Source: the human T2T-CHM13v2.0 reference genome, Homo sapiens
Assembly: GCF_009914755.1 (NCBI RefSeq)
Contig: NC_060947.1
Direction: 5' to 3' (one strand)
Length of the DNA stretch: 64,000 nt
The notes beneath the pieces were generated by a model. The model made no database searches. It was given only the letters and a program-made list of their open reading frames with translations, and had not been told where the DNA came from. Shown piece by piece: positions 13,190 through 27,380 of the stretch. The position numbers and the translations under genes are program-made. The number at the start of each line of letters is the position of its first letter. Positions within the stretch are counted from its first letter, which is position 1.

Positions 13190-14277
13190 TTTCCAGTTAT
13201 TCTGCTTGTATATTAGTGCATAGAAAAATACCCCAAAACTCAAATGTATTTTAAAACAATATTCAGTTTGTTATAGCTCACATTTTTGTGGGTAAGAAGT
13301 GTCAAAAATAATGCTGGATACTAGTTAATGTGGTAAGAACAGATTTTAATCAGTAATAACTGTTTCAATAAGGGGTATATTATAATGTGAACTTAACTCA
13401 AAATTCATTTGTGCAGAGGTGACTGGGCACTATAAAGGGACAATGAGGGAATAAGGAGGGGAACAATGGTTGAAAAAAGTCCAGAAAATGGATATTTACA
13501 GAAAATCATGACAAAGGGATTGGTTAATGTAAAACCCATTTTGGTTTGCTAACTGGCATTTATCACAGTTAGGCGCTTACCCTTCCATAGAGAGTGGGAG
13601 ACAGGGAACCTGTCTTTAGATGTTGGTAGGGCCAAATAGCAAATTATTTGGCAACTCTGAGCTATTAGAAGCTATGTTAGAAGCGTTTGTTCAGCTCTCT
13701 TAGTGTGTGGGCAAAATCACCGGTACTGAAAATGTGTGTTTTTTTATAGGCCAAGGTTGAGTAAGGCCTTGTTGAAGAGAGACCTTAGAGGATTCTGACT
13801 AGAGTTTGGCCTAGAAAAGTGTCTTTGTCAGGAATTAAAGCAAAAATAAGTTGGATAATTCTTCTGTTGAATATGATGTCTACTGAGTTCATTTAGTGGT
13901 ATTCAACTGACAGACGGACTGGTATAGAATGTCCAGTATAGCTTCACCCACATGCCTAATATTTTGGCAGAGATGGTTGAAAGGCAACACTCAGCTGCAA
14001 CTGTTGACCATTGTGCCTATATGTGACAGGCACAATATGGAGGTATTGGATAGCCATATATTTTACTTGATGGCTCAGGTCTCCCAGAGAGAATGATACC
14101 AGATACAGAAAATGAAACCTGACAGTATCTTAAGACTTGAACCTAGTTACTGGCCCAGAATCACTTCCACCATGTATTATTGTCAGATCAGTTTTAGAAC
14201 TCACCCACATTCAAATAAAAGGGACACAGACCCCACCTCCTTGTGGGAAGAGTATGGCCACTTTTAATTTGTTGCAC
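13190..14277 (-). mobile_element. MaLR LTR (MLT1G/H-like), split by a nested LTR
   Basis: ccccaaaact...ttaaaacaat...ctcacatttttgtgggt resumes after 13830 with ggaatt...tcacttccacc...acagaccccacctc. Confidence 0.75.
13300..13830 (-). mobile_element. ERV1 solo LTR (MER67/MER31-like) nested in MLT1
   Basis: TG...CA termini; minus strand starts TGACAAAGAC...CCAAACTCTAGTCAG...CCTTGGCCTATAAA. Confidence 0.75.
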
Positions 14278-15669
14278 TAGTATTGGAAACTTTCAAATAT
14301 ATTTCATGGGGTGAAAGCAGCAAAGTAGTATATTTTGTCTTGTTATTGTGTATATCTTTTTGAAAAGGCCTTTCTGTCTACTTCATTGAGTTCTAAAAGT
14401 TCATACTTTATAAATGCTGTGAATAAAGTTTTAAATTCCTTAAAAGATTCAATGGCTAAAATATATGTTACACACTCAGGATTAAATTATTTAAGCTTTC
14501 TATTTGACCGTTGGTCATGTTTGAAATAAGATAAAATTATCAGTGATTTCTAAATGACCTCATATTGCATGTGAATGTATCAATAATGTGTAAACATCAA
14601 ACTTTATAATTATTATAATATATTATAATTTATTATATTTATTTATAATTATAATTTATAATGTATTAGGGTAAGATACATTATATTTAGAAGGAAATAC
14701 ATGTTTCTCTAAAAAAAATTTTCTTAGTTCCCACTGACTGCATAAATGAAATTGTGATGTTTGATTACAAACCCAAATACCACTTAGCAATCAAACTTAG
14801 TTTTCTATTCAGGGAGTGCAACATATTCAGCTTGTCCCCTTGAAAATCATAATTCTACCAGGTTTACAAAGTTAATAAAGAGTGAGCATCTTGATTTGTT
14901 GGCAAATTAGTAGTGAGAGCCCATTTTATGAAAAAGTTATCTTTAATCAACATGGATAAATTAGAAATAACCTTAAATAGTTTCAACATCAAATTTGCTC
15001 AAGTGGTAAAAAGAGTTACTGGATTTTTAAACATTAGAATATGTATTCTCATTACTTATATGGCAGCACTTAAGCAGTAATCTCCAAGATATTTTTAAAA
15101 GTTTCGTTACCATTTTTTAAGGAGAATTCACAGAAAGAAACAAACCAAGATTGAATAGAATGTTACTTAGTAAATATGTTGTCTAAGTAAAAACTACATG
15201 CTATTATCCCTTAATGGAAGACACTGGGTTAAAACCTGAAAATAAATATTATCAATGCTGGGCCAGGTACAAGTGCATAGAAATTAATAAAATCACAATT
15301 AAACTTTCCTGATCCTTTAAGTAACACTCATATTTAGCAAAAAAGATTATTATCAACAAAGAAGATTAAACAAATTTTATGCTTTTGTTGGAACTAACTC
15401 TTCATAGATAAGACATTTTTGTGCTTATTATAAATTTACATTTGATTGTGTAATTGAATGTTCTTGAAAGAGTTACTTATGGTTTTTACTCATTTCAACT
15501 TGCACCAGTGCCAATAAAAATTTTAGAAAAAAAGTCTCACTCAAGATCTATAAGCTTTAATTGATCATATACTTCAATGTTAGGCACATTTTTCATTGGT
15601 CTAGACAAAATCTGTCTCTTTTTTCATTCATTCATTTATTCATTTCATTTTAACATTGATATTCATGTT

Positions 15670-15900
15670 TATTCTCCCTTGCATAGTAACCACTCTAATG
15701 TGTTAATTTTGTAATTTTTTTGTATATGAACTTTCAAATGGGTATCAATTTTGTGTCAACATATTTTTAATTTATGAACATTGGATTATATTATAGATTT
15801 TTTCCTGTGTATTACTTTTGTTAGTTCACACTATGCCTTTAAATGCCATTCATCTTGCAATGTATACATCTAATTCATTGCTTATAACTGCAGCATAGTA
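15670..15900 (-). mobile_element. L1ME-like 3' fragment
   Basis: gtaaccactct...cattcatcttgc...taattcattg...aactgcagcatagta. Confidence 0.55.
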
Positions 15901-16154
15901 GATGTGAAAGCTATTCAACTACCAATGTGGTCCACTTTTTCTGAAGTACCCAGTTCGAGTGGGCAAAAAAGGATACCCTAGAGAGTAGAGTCAAGAGCTA
16001 CAGAGAACAAAACTCTGAGTATTCACTTATAGGCAGCTGAAACTAGGAATGTGTCTATCGTATATAGAGATGATATATAGAATCTCTGACAATATTATAT
16101 AAGAAAAATAATAAGCTTAGATCCCTAGGGCTTGAGAAAAAATATGTCCCCCAC

Positions 16155-16634
16155 TTTTTTTTTTTTTTTTTTTTTTGCTTAGAGAAATGTTTTATTTTGG
16201 TTGGTTGACAACTAATTGTTCAGTTGAATGGTAACTCTCACACTGCATCCTAAAATAAGATACTCTGTTGGCAAGTAGAAAATAGAATAATTTCATTTTT
16301 TATCTGTTAAGCTCTCTTGAAAAATGTTTCTGTTTCTTAAATTTAAAATTGGCCTGGTTTGCCTTTTCTTTTCAAGGTTAAAAGGTTTGAATCCTCCAGC
16401 AATGCCAGACTGTGTCAGACATCTCTGCAATTCATCAGCATCTATTTGCCCATCATGTCCAGCTACAGCAGCAAAGTAATCATATAGTGGATCCTGAGTT
16501 TTTCTGGGAAATGCAGGCCCTCCAGGAGTCCCTCCATACCCGCCTGGGTGGTACCCGCTGCCAGCGCCAGGATGCCCCAGGTACTACATGGTGCAGTCTG
16601 CGCCACTGCTGCCATTGCCCTGAGTGCCTGGCCC
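16155..16634 (-). pseudogene. SRI: Processed pseudogene of sorcin (SRI), internally truncated
   Basis: 16589-16371 translates [72 protein letters not shown] = sorcin residues 1-73, intronless, stop at codon 2; AATAAA (16196-16191) 14 nt before an A22 tail (16155-16176); degenerate TSD aaaaatatgtcc / aaaaatgtgcc. Symbol is the parent gene. Confidence 0.95.
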
Positions 16635-18188
16635 AAAAATGTGCCTTTTTATTAGTAGCTATTTCCATTTGAAAATCAGCTCCTGACTTAATATTTTCCG
16701 AAGGAACTTGAACACCTGTGAGATTTCCAAGTAACTATGCAATCCCAAACTACTATTAGTGAACTAAGTGATATCTGATCCATAAAATTGGATGTGTACA
16801 GCAGCTTTTCACCTTTAATTGAACTTGTATATACCAGACAAAGCCTCAGCAGGCCTGGAAGTCACAAGTAAATTGCTAAGCCATCAGTTCAGACTTGCTT
16901 GATAATCTATTTCTATTTATTTCTTCCCTTTGCTTTAACCTACACGCTATGGCCAGTTATTGAAGAGAAAAAAAAAGGTAAGCCTGGTTTATATTAGAGT
17001 CTTCAGTGTGTGCTAGTCCCAACTAAAAATGGATGGCCACTTAGAAGCTCAGTCATGGATACCCCAGAAAGCTGAGGTAAAGGGAAATTCCATTGGTGGG
17101 TAGAATTTCAAGTGCTATACCAAGATGTTCAATATATGCAAAAAGAGAGATAACTTGAGTGTGGATATATGATGATTAAAAAATGGAGACTAATGATTAA
17201 ACTGGCTAAATAGGGACCTAGATAAAATAATGTTGGAAAATTGGTGAAGAGAATTTGGGAAAAGGTATGTGAATGAATCTCTCAAAATGGGCACTGAGTA
17301 TGAGGATGCTCACTTCCCACGTAAATTTGTGCTCCACTAGAAAACAGCCAAAGCTGTTATATTAAACATAATGACACATTATCTGGATATCGTTTGGCCT
17401 CTTTTTACTCTACAGTGATTACTTAATGGACTCATAGACAAAGTGGCCATGATGACAAGTATGAAGACTATGTATATTTTCTTCAGCAAGACTTTCCCTT
17501 CGCTAAGGCTGATCTTGTTTCTGTGGCTGCTAAGTGCTTTACCTTTCATTAATAGAGGCCAAATTTTGAGGTATCATTTTGGTACAGCATGTGGGGGGAA
17601 CATGCTAGCTACCTTTTGGTGGATTGATCATATTGGGTTTTTTTTTTCATTATGGAAGTGAAAGCAATTTGTCTTCACAAGAATACACTCATCATCTGGA
17701 TTTGGATTTGTTTTCCCTGGGCATTGCCACCATACTTACATGGACAGAATGCTTTATATACCCATAAAACATCATCTATAAACAAGGGAATTATTTTTCC
17801 CAGAAGGAAATAAGACGATGGGCACAGAAACACACAATTTGGTGGCTTTAAGCCCCCACTATTCCACTATCCAGAAACAATTTTTATGATAGGATCTTGC
17901 AATATTGAGATGCTATCATACAGAATATGTTGTATTCCTCAAATTGTAGCCAAAATATAATGCCCTCTTCCCCATAAACTAAATGCATGGGTCTGGGATT
18001 TAAGGGATGGAAGTAGGTGCACTACTCTCATTTTTACACCTAATAACTCCCTACAAGAATGTTTGTTTCTCATTTTTGATGCCTTTGATCTTATGTGTTT
18101 AAAGATCTCAGTGCTCAAGGGTAGCACACCCTCACTCAAGGGTAAGAAATAGCCATGATTCTCATAAGATGGAAGCTGAGACTGCCTC

Positions 18189-18360
18189 TTGGTCATATTC
18201 ATGATGCCAAACCTGCAGCAAGAAAAGAGGGTCATTGAACTGGCCGGAGTAATTAATTCTGGTTACCAAGGGGAAGTCAGGTTGCTTCTAAGAAGTGGAA
18301 GCAAGGAAAATTATATCTGGAACCCAGAGACTTCAGGAGCACCTCTTAGTGCAATAGTCT
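18189..18360 (+). pseudogene. ERVL dUTPase remnant
   Basis: LAGVINSGYQGEVRLLLRSGSKENYIWNP resembles the ERVL dUTPase motif region (GVIDPDYQGEIGLLL). Confidence 0.7.
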
Positions 18361-18759
18361 TTGTTAACAGAAAACAGGCAATTAATAAAAGCAGGACCAT
18401 CAAGGGTTCAAATATTATGAAAATAAAATTTATTATTACTCTACCAGGTTACAAAAATATATATATATATATCTAGCCAAGATGCTGGGAGAAGGTAAAT
18501 GGAAAGTGTAATAGGTCATAGAAAAATAAAACTAGTATTATCAGTTTAGACCTTGTGACCAGCTACAGAAATGAAATGGTATCAGCTATATATTATGTCA
18601 ATTATCCCTCTCCCTCATCCCGTACAAAGAGCTACAGTGTTTTAGATATCAGGTGGGAATGTGACTGAATTGAAATGTTTGCACCTCCTGTGGTTGGAAT
18701 ACATTTTTTTCATCCAGATAAAGGACAAGAATAGAAACCAAGGGTCAAAAGGGATAGAC

Positions 18760-19268
18760 TGCTAAATGTTTTTAGCTTGCTTCTCCCAGATATACTCTAC
18801 TCCCCTCTCCTCTCTCTTTGCACCTTGCAATGCTTATCTTTGTAAACTACGGTGACCTGACTACCATTCCCTGTAGTTTTTAGTGGCCAATAGGAAGCAC
18901 AGTCAGAAGAATTCAGAAAGATGAAAAGAAGAAATTGGATTATTTATTCCCTTAGCTCACTCCTTGCAAGCCATGGGTTGACAATGACTGCATGCTTCTA
19001 CTCAAGGCCATAGACCCTTTCAGGTAGCCCTCTCTTACAGCTACAGTTTCAGCTGCCCTAAGGTCCCTGTAACCACATCCTCTCTTTCTCTCTTCAGTCC
19101 TAAGTGTGGTAAAAACTTTCTGCTGTGGTCAGCCCTGGGGGATTTTATTATGCCTTACTGTTTCTCCTTAATTCTGCCCATACCTGTAAATAAACCTTTT
19201 TTCGAATTCATTTCAATAATCCCTTTTGAGTACACCATTTGTCTCCTGACAAGACTGTGATTAACACG
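18760..19268 (+). mobile_element. 3' LTR of the ERVL element (LTR33-like)
   Basis: ggccaataggaagcac, tatttattccc, and the end aataaacc...tttgagtacaccatttgtctcctg...tgattaacac match the LTR33 pattern. Confidence 0.75.
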
Positions 19269-19582
19269 ATCTAAGATAACACTTAAAATCACTGAGTTTT
19301 TCAAGAAAATATAATTCAGCATTTGTTTGTTCTTAAGTACTTTATTTAGAACAAACATAATAAATTTCTTTGCTTAGGAGAACATCTATTGTTTCTGATA
19401 TTCATGCAAATAAGGAACTCATTTTGTAGTTCATATGCAGAAACATATTTTGCACATTTTCTTCATGGAGATGCAGCATTTTGAGGTGCCTGTCTAATAC
19501 TCAGTATGTGGCAACTTTCCACACTGAACAGGATGTTTGCCAAGAGGCAGAAAATCTACAAGTTTTGCTTTCAAAAGTGGCT

Positions 19583-21566
<1,984 letters not shown>

Positions 21567-21922
21567 AAAAGGGAAGAAACTAACCTCCTAAACTGCATTC
21601 CACTGAGTGAAGTGTATGGTGGCATATACATCAGTATTCAATAAAATTTCAATTATGCATACACTTAGGGGCCCAGTGTTTGATGGATAAATCTTGTGCA
21701 AAAACCAGGAACATTATTTTAAACAGTAATATGGAGTCTTCTGTCATACTGGTAGTTTGGGAATAAGTGATTCATACTGTTGCTAGGGAGTCTCCATTTC
21801 AAACCACATTTCAGACAATGATTAAGGCTCAGAGCACCTTGGGACCTAGTCCCTAAATTACATGCAAGAGACAAATAAAAACAACAACAAAAAAATACCC
21901 AAAGGAAGTATATGAAAAATAC

Positions 21923-21923
21923 C

Positions 21924-21978
<55 letters not shown>
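21923..21978. repeat. Compound microsatellite (CT)11(CA)17
   Basis: Perfect repeats seen directly. Confidence 0.97.
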
Positions 21979-21980
<2 letters not shown>

Positions 21981-24900
21981 GACACTTGACTTTTATTATT
22001 TTTGACACTAGTTATGATAACTCACTTCTATTAAAGCATAGAACAAAGAAATGTATCAGAAAAGATTGAGGATATGGCACTTTTTTCATATTGTATTGAT
22101 CACCTAGTCAGCTAGAGGAATACTGAAATATTAAACAATTCCTAAAAGCTGGACTTACAAGTTTCTTTTAGAAGGTATAGGAGACCCTTAATAACAGTCC
22201 AAAATTTTAAAAATTACTTGCTAAGCAAAATATGTCTCTTATCTTACTGACACATCAGATGAGATATTTATAATAAAACAAAGTGCACCAGAGGGCTTGG
22301 AAAATTTTTTGCAACAGCGTGAATTGTATTGAATAAATGCAATCTCAAGTTTATCAACAAGTTGCATTCCCAATGTTCATTGGCTTGTTTGAAATTTAGA
22401 AAGCATTTGGTCACAGAACCAGTGTTGTACATGGTAAGTAAGTCCCCAAGACAACCAAAAACTCATATTTAATACAGAGAAAAGCTGTATTATGATCAAT
22501 TTCAGTGAAAATATAGAAAAAAATAGAGTCAAACAGAGGCATCTGAAGATTTTTTTGTGGTTGACTTAGAGTCGAATAACATAATATAAAGTTTAAATAA
22601 AGTTTCTTTATTTGTCTATAGTATGGATACATATCGTAACAATTATTTGTAAGGCTTTATCGTGAATCCTAAAATTAATTGAAAATATATTCTGTGAAGT
22701 GAGATATGAAGAGTTGCAAAACAAGACCTATGTATGTAAGTGCATATTAAGTCAAAGAAAATTTTAAAAATGTCATATTTTACTTACAATCAAATATATA
22801 TCAGTTCATTGTTGCAAAAAAATCACCAATTTAATATAAATGCATTTGTCTATGTCTTTAAACTTTTTCTAAAATATCTATTTCATAGGAATGGGCGAGA
22901 CAAAGAAACTGATGTAGATTATCTTAAAAAACACTTTATGAGAATTACTTATAAAGTGACAGCATGTAAATTACACTGTATATTGTCAGAAGTTAAACAA
23001 TTTATGCATTAGTATATTACCAACATAAAAGAAGCTGTCTTAAGACTTAGAGCTAAGTGGTTCATTTATGTTAAAGGTATCATTATCCTTGAGAAAGTCA
23101 AGAAATGACCTTTACATTTTACTCCTTAAGTCAACCTTTCAAGATCTTTTGGTGGTACTTATTTTTCACACTGGGATATCACTTAATAGAAGTATTTCTA
23201 TTTAACTTTGTAAAATAAAAATCAACTGGAAAATAAGGCTGGTTATTCAAGCTACCCTCACTCTAACATTTAAGTTTACAATAATATACCTTGGCTGATT
23301 CAAAGATCAAATTTATAATTTATAATCATATATTCCAAAGTGTTTTGGTTATAAAACCTTTAGAGGATAACATAGTGAATTTTTCCCTCTGATCATTATA
23401 TTAACTCTTGTGTGCTTTCCAAAATACAGATGTGTGTGTGTGTGTATATGTGTGTGTGTCTGTGTTTGCTTGTTTGTTTTATTTTTAAAGAAGCATCACA
23501 TTGACCGCTTAAACATTTAAATATTTTTGTATACTTTTGGAACATATCTTTATATGTATAAATGTTATAGCTAGAAATAATGACATGATGGGTCCACTGG
23601 CAATGAGCAGACCTAAAAGAAGCCTCATATATGTTCTGGCTTTGAATACGTCTTGGTCTATTCTGTCCTGGGAAAGTACTGCTTGTAATATAGCTGGTCA
23701 TTACTCCTCCTGCCCCCAGTTCAACTATTTTGTATATTATTTTATACATTAGTTCTAGTCTCCATGTATATTTCTACCAGAATTGGAAAATTTTAATTTA
23801 TTAGATACTTTACCCCAAATGTAACATTTAATTATAGATATTCCTGAAGAATTTGATTCTCAAGTAAAGTCATTTTAAATTGGTCTGGTACATCATCTAA
23901 GCTGTTTGCCTTACTTGCTATACAAATTGGCTTCTTTGCAGCTGTGGTGAAGGATACAAGAAATCTGCTTCTAATCTGCTTTAAATTTGGCAATAGCATT
24001 TTCTAAAAATGTAGTGTGTGTCCAGGATGTTTTAGTTTAGTGACATGGAGCATCCTGTTACCTTCATTTAAGGCTGAAAGCAAAATTTGGTAAAAAAAAA
24101 AAAAAAAAAAAACCCATAAAAATGCATGTTTATCCAGGTTCATAGATCCAGGTTTTTTAAATGGGACCCCAGGTTATTTGGCTGCAGCTCTAGTGTTTTG
24201 GAATCCACTTTGAGAATGCATTGCTAATCCACCTTGTTCACAGCCTTTTAGATTTGCTTTGTTTAAAAAGATTACGGGTATTTTGCAAGTAGTACCGAGA
24301 TTTCGGAGCACATTAATATTATTTAGTGTTCTTTGGCTCCCTGAAGTATCGCTGACAATCTTTGGAGTTTAAAGGTTTTTCATAGCTAGAGCACATCCAT
24401 AGGAAATTAATTCAATATTATTGCATTAGGCTGTCTTTAACTGGTGAAAAATTATCTGGCTGTGACCAATGGAAATTTGTTGAGCTGAATGTTGTGACCA
24501 ATCTTTCAAATCTCACAACTGCAGTGATACAGCTTCCTAGAAGTTGAGCTAAACCATAGGTGTCTTTTCACTTCAGCATTTTATTAAGACAAAAGCCTAT
24601 GAAATATTTTCAGTTCCTTACTTTTTTTTTCAAATTCCCTTCAGTGTTCCTTGTTTATCTAGAAAAAAATATGTACTGTAAATAAATGTTCTTTCCACCA
24701 TGATCTCTGTCTATTGATATGAAATATAAAAGCTGAAATGAAATTTTAATATTTTTAAAATCTAGTGAAAGTTTAGCATTTGATAAGTAACAATGTAATA
24801 TGTATTAACATGGGTTCAAATATACAAAACTGTATTATTTCATAATATATCACCTTTATTTTTCATAAAAAGTAACAAAAGTAAGGCCTAGAGAAATCTC

Positions 24901-26189
24901 TGAACATCTATCATATTCTTTTCAAATTCCCACTTTTTTTTCATACTAATAAAAATTGAAGGGAAAAAAGAATCATAAGAAATGATTAAGAAAAAGAGCT
25001 GGAGAAAACTTACCTGTCATGCTTGATGATGAATCTGCACTGGTCCGTCTACTCCTCCGAACATGATTTGAGTTGGAGCCTCTGGCTCAATATTAAGTCA
25101 ATTAGCTATGTGGTACAACAAACTCAAAACTAGGAGTCATGCTTGGTCTCTTTTTCCTTTCCTCTTATTTTCCCAGTGATGTCTTCTGAGATATGACAGG
25201 CCCAGGAGAAAAGGGAATTGTGTACTAATTGAACTACATAGAAGACAAATAACTTATTTCAAAATATAGAGATGTAAATATACACATAAACAAATACACT
25301 TTGATTTGAACATTTAATTTAATCAATATGTAGCATCTTTGGCTAACGTTCATTAAAAATGAAGTTACAGACTGCCATTCCAGTTGGCATAATTCTAGGA
25401 AAGTGTTTCTGAAATGATTTTTAGTCATATTCTCCCACAAAACCAGTCTTTTTCTGTCAGAATTTGTATCTTACTAATGTTTATTTGCCCAAGATCGTGC
25501 AAAGTTGGATAAAAATATTTGAAGTGGAGACACCAAAATGCTTTTGCAGACTAGAGGCAGTGTATAATGCTACATGATTCACTGTTCTAGAGCTTATCCA
25601 GCAGAACAGTGAAAGGATGGTAATGCTAACAGTGACCAATTAAACATATGAAAATATTAAATGTACTTTTAAATTGCTAATGAAGTCATGAGTACTATTC
25701 ACTCCCAATTTTAAAATCTCCAATTTTATAATGTAAACTAGCCAAAAAATTAAGCCAGATATACAAAACTTCAGTTGGCATTTCCTTTAGAAGACTATAT
25801 ATATTTCTTCTATCTCATGAAGACTTTTATATTTAGATTGATTGTGACTGAGAATACGAACTACTAAAAATCTAGGATTCCTATCTCACAAGCCTGCATT
25901 TCCAGGAGGAAAGTCCTCAATATACATGCTGATGCAGGGTCGGCGTAAGAAAAGGATGTGGATAGACTAAAGATCTGGACCAATTGGAGCTAGATGAACA
26001 ATATTACATACATGCAAAAGTTGCATTTATTTTTGGCGAGATACAAGTAAATAAAAACAGAAAAGCTAGCTGTTTCAGTGGTGGAAATTTTTGCTTTGTT
26101 ATTGAATATTTGCTGATGTATAACTTGTCCTTCAGGTTTTTATGTCAGCTATGAATTATCTACTTAATAGCTCTCTTACCAAATTACTC

Positions 26190-26330
26190 TGCATTTTTGA
26201 AAAAAATTACATACATTAAAATTTATTCTTTTTGGTTTACTGGCCTATGAGTTTTAATACATGCATGGTTAGGTGTAATCACCATCATGATCAGGATGTA
26301 GACTAGTTCTGTCACCCCAAATAACTTTCC
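26190..26330 (-). mobile_element. L1MC/MD 3' end fragment
   Basis: ctatgagttttaatacatgcat...tgtaatcaccatca...tcaggatgtagactagttctgtcacccca. Confidence 0.6.
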
Positions 26331-26629
26331 TTTCCAAGAAGTAAAAACCATCTAAATGTCCTTCAATAGGTGGGTGGATATACTATGCAAGTATAAAATT
26401 TACTTTCAATTAAGTCACTTATTATCTCACCAGTACCTTCATATTTCTTGCTACCTTTTCTTTTCTACTAACCACTTTAAACAATTCTAGCCCTAGATCA
26501 ATGCAGCCATCTGCCTATTCTGCTCCTGTACCTGGAGTGCAGAAGACTTCTAAAGGAAAATCCACAGCTGAGTGTACAGGTGATACTACTGCTAAAAGCC
26601 TTTAATTTTAGCTCCTAAATAGCTATTAC

Positions 26630-27380
26630 TTTTTTCACTTTTTTCCATTTCTGCTGTCCATCTCATATTTGGACTGTGATCACATCTAACCTGGACACTG
26701 CACGATACTGCTAACTGATCTTTTTCTCTTCAGCACTGTCCAGGCCAAACATTCCTCTTCATATCTCCTCACTCTGCAGCACCCCACCTTGTAATAGTCA
26801 CTGGAGTAATTTTAGAGAATGCAAAACTGACGTTTGCACTCCACTGCTTATTCTTCAATGTCTTGCCAGAACCTCTGAAGTCATAATGTTCCAGTCACGT
26901 AGCATGTCCCACCAGACTCTTTACAGTCTAATGTCTGCAATCTTTTTTAAGCCTCCTCTTTGCTGAGCATACAATACTCCAACAATACAATAATAGATTA
27001 TGTGAAGTTTCTATACAGCACAAGGCCACCTTGAAACTCCTAGTCTTTGTCTGTGTTATTATCTACAAGGAAAATCAGCTCCAGGCTTTCTTCAACAATA
27101 TCTACCTGTCCTCCAAAATTCAGCTCAATTGTAGCTTTCTGCATATTCCCCACATTCCTCCTGCCTTAATTAAGTGCATCTCTTGTGTGTCCTGCAGCTT
27201 TTTTTTTTTTTTGCATTCTCTATTTGTTCTTAGAGCAACAAATAGTTATTTTTAGCTTGTTCATCTATCTATGCCAATAAATTATAAATTTTTGTTGTTG
27301 TAGAGATAATATCTTACATTTCTGTATCCCTTTTTACCTAGTAAGTGTATTAGACAAAATAAGTATTTAAATTCATATTT
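26630..27380 (+). mobile_element. L2 LINE fragment
   Basis: cacatctaacctggac, gcaaaactgac...cactccactgctta, tacctgtcctccaaaattcagctcaa are L2 3' region motifs. Confidence 0.7.

Larger units (their letters stand above)
15905..18759 (+). mobile_element. Degenerate ERVL-class internal region (pol to dUTPase), 5'-truncated
   Basis: tttgaaaatcagctcctg...cataaaattggatgtgtacagcagc, aagtggccatgatgac, ggtggattgatcatattgg and acactcatcatctggatttggatttg resemble ERVL pol; purine-rich tract precedes the LTR at about 18740-18759. Confidence 0.8.

Noticed and set aside
14604-14661. AT-only quasi-palindromic tract (also AGAATATTAATATTCT at 51732-51747)
   Set aside because: Low-complexity palindromes are expected by chance at this AT content.
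14813-14881. Possible 69-nt plus-strand exon (ttttctattcag ... gtgagc)
   Set aside because: Modest donor, unrecognised peptide and no other support.
16412-16672. ORFs 16412-16672 (+) and 16480-16668 (-)
   Set aside because: Antisense and alternative frames of the GC-rich SRI retrocopy; the true sorcin frame has a stop at codon 2.
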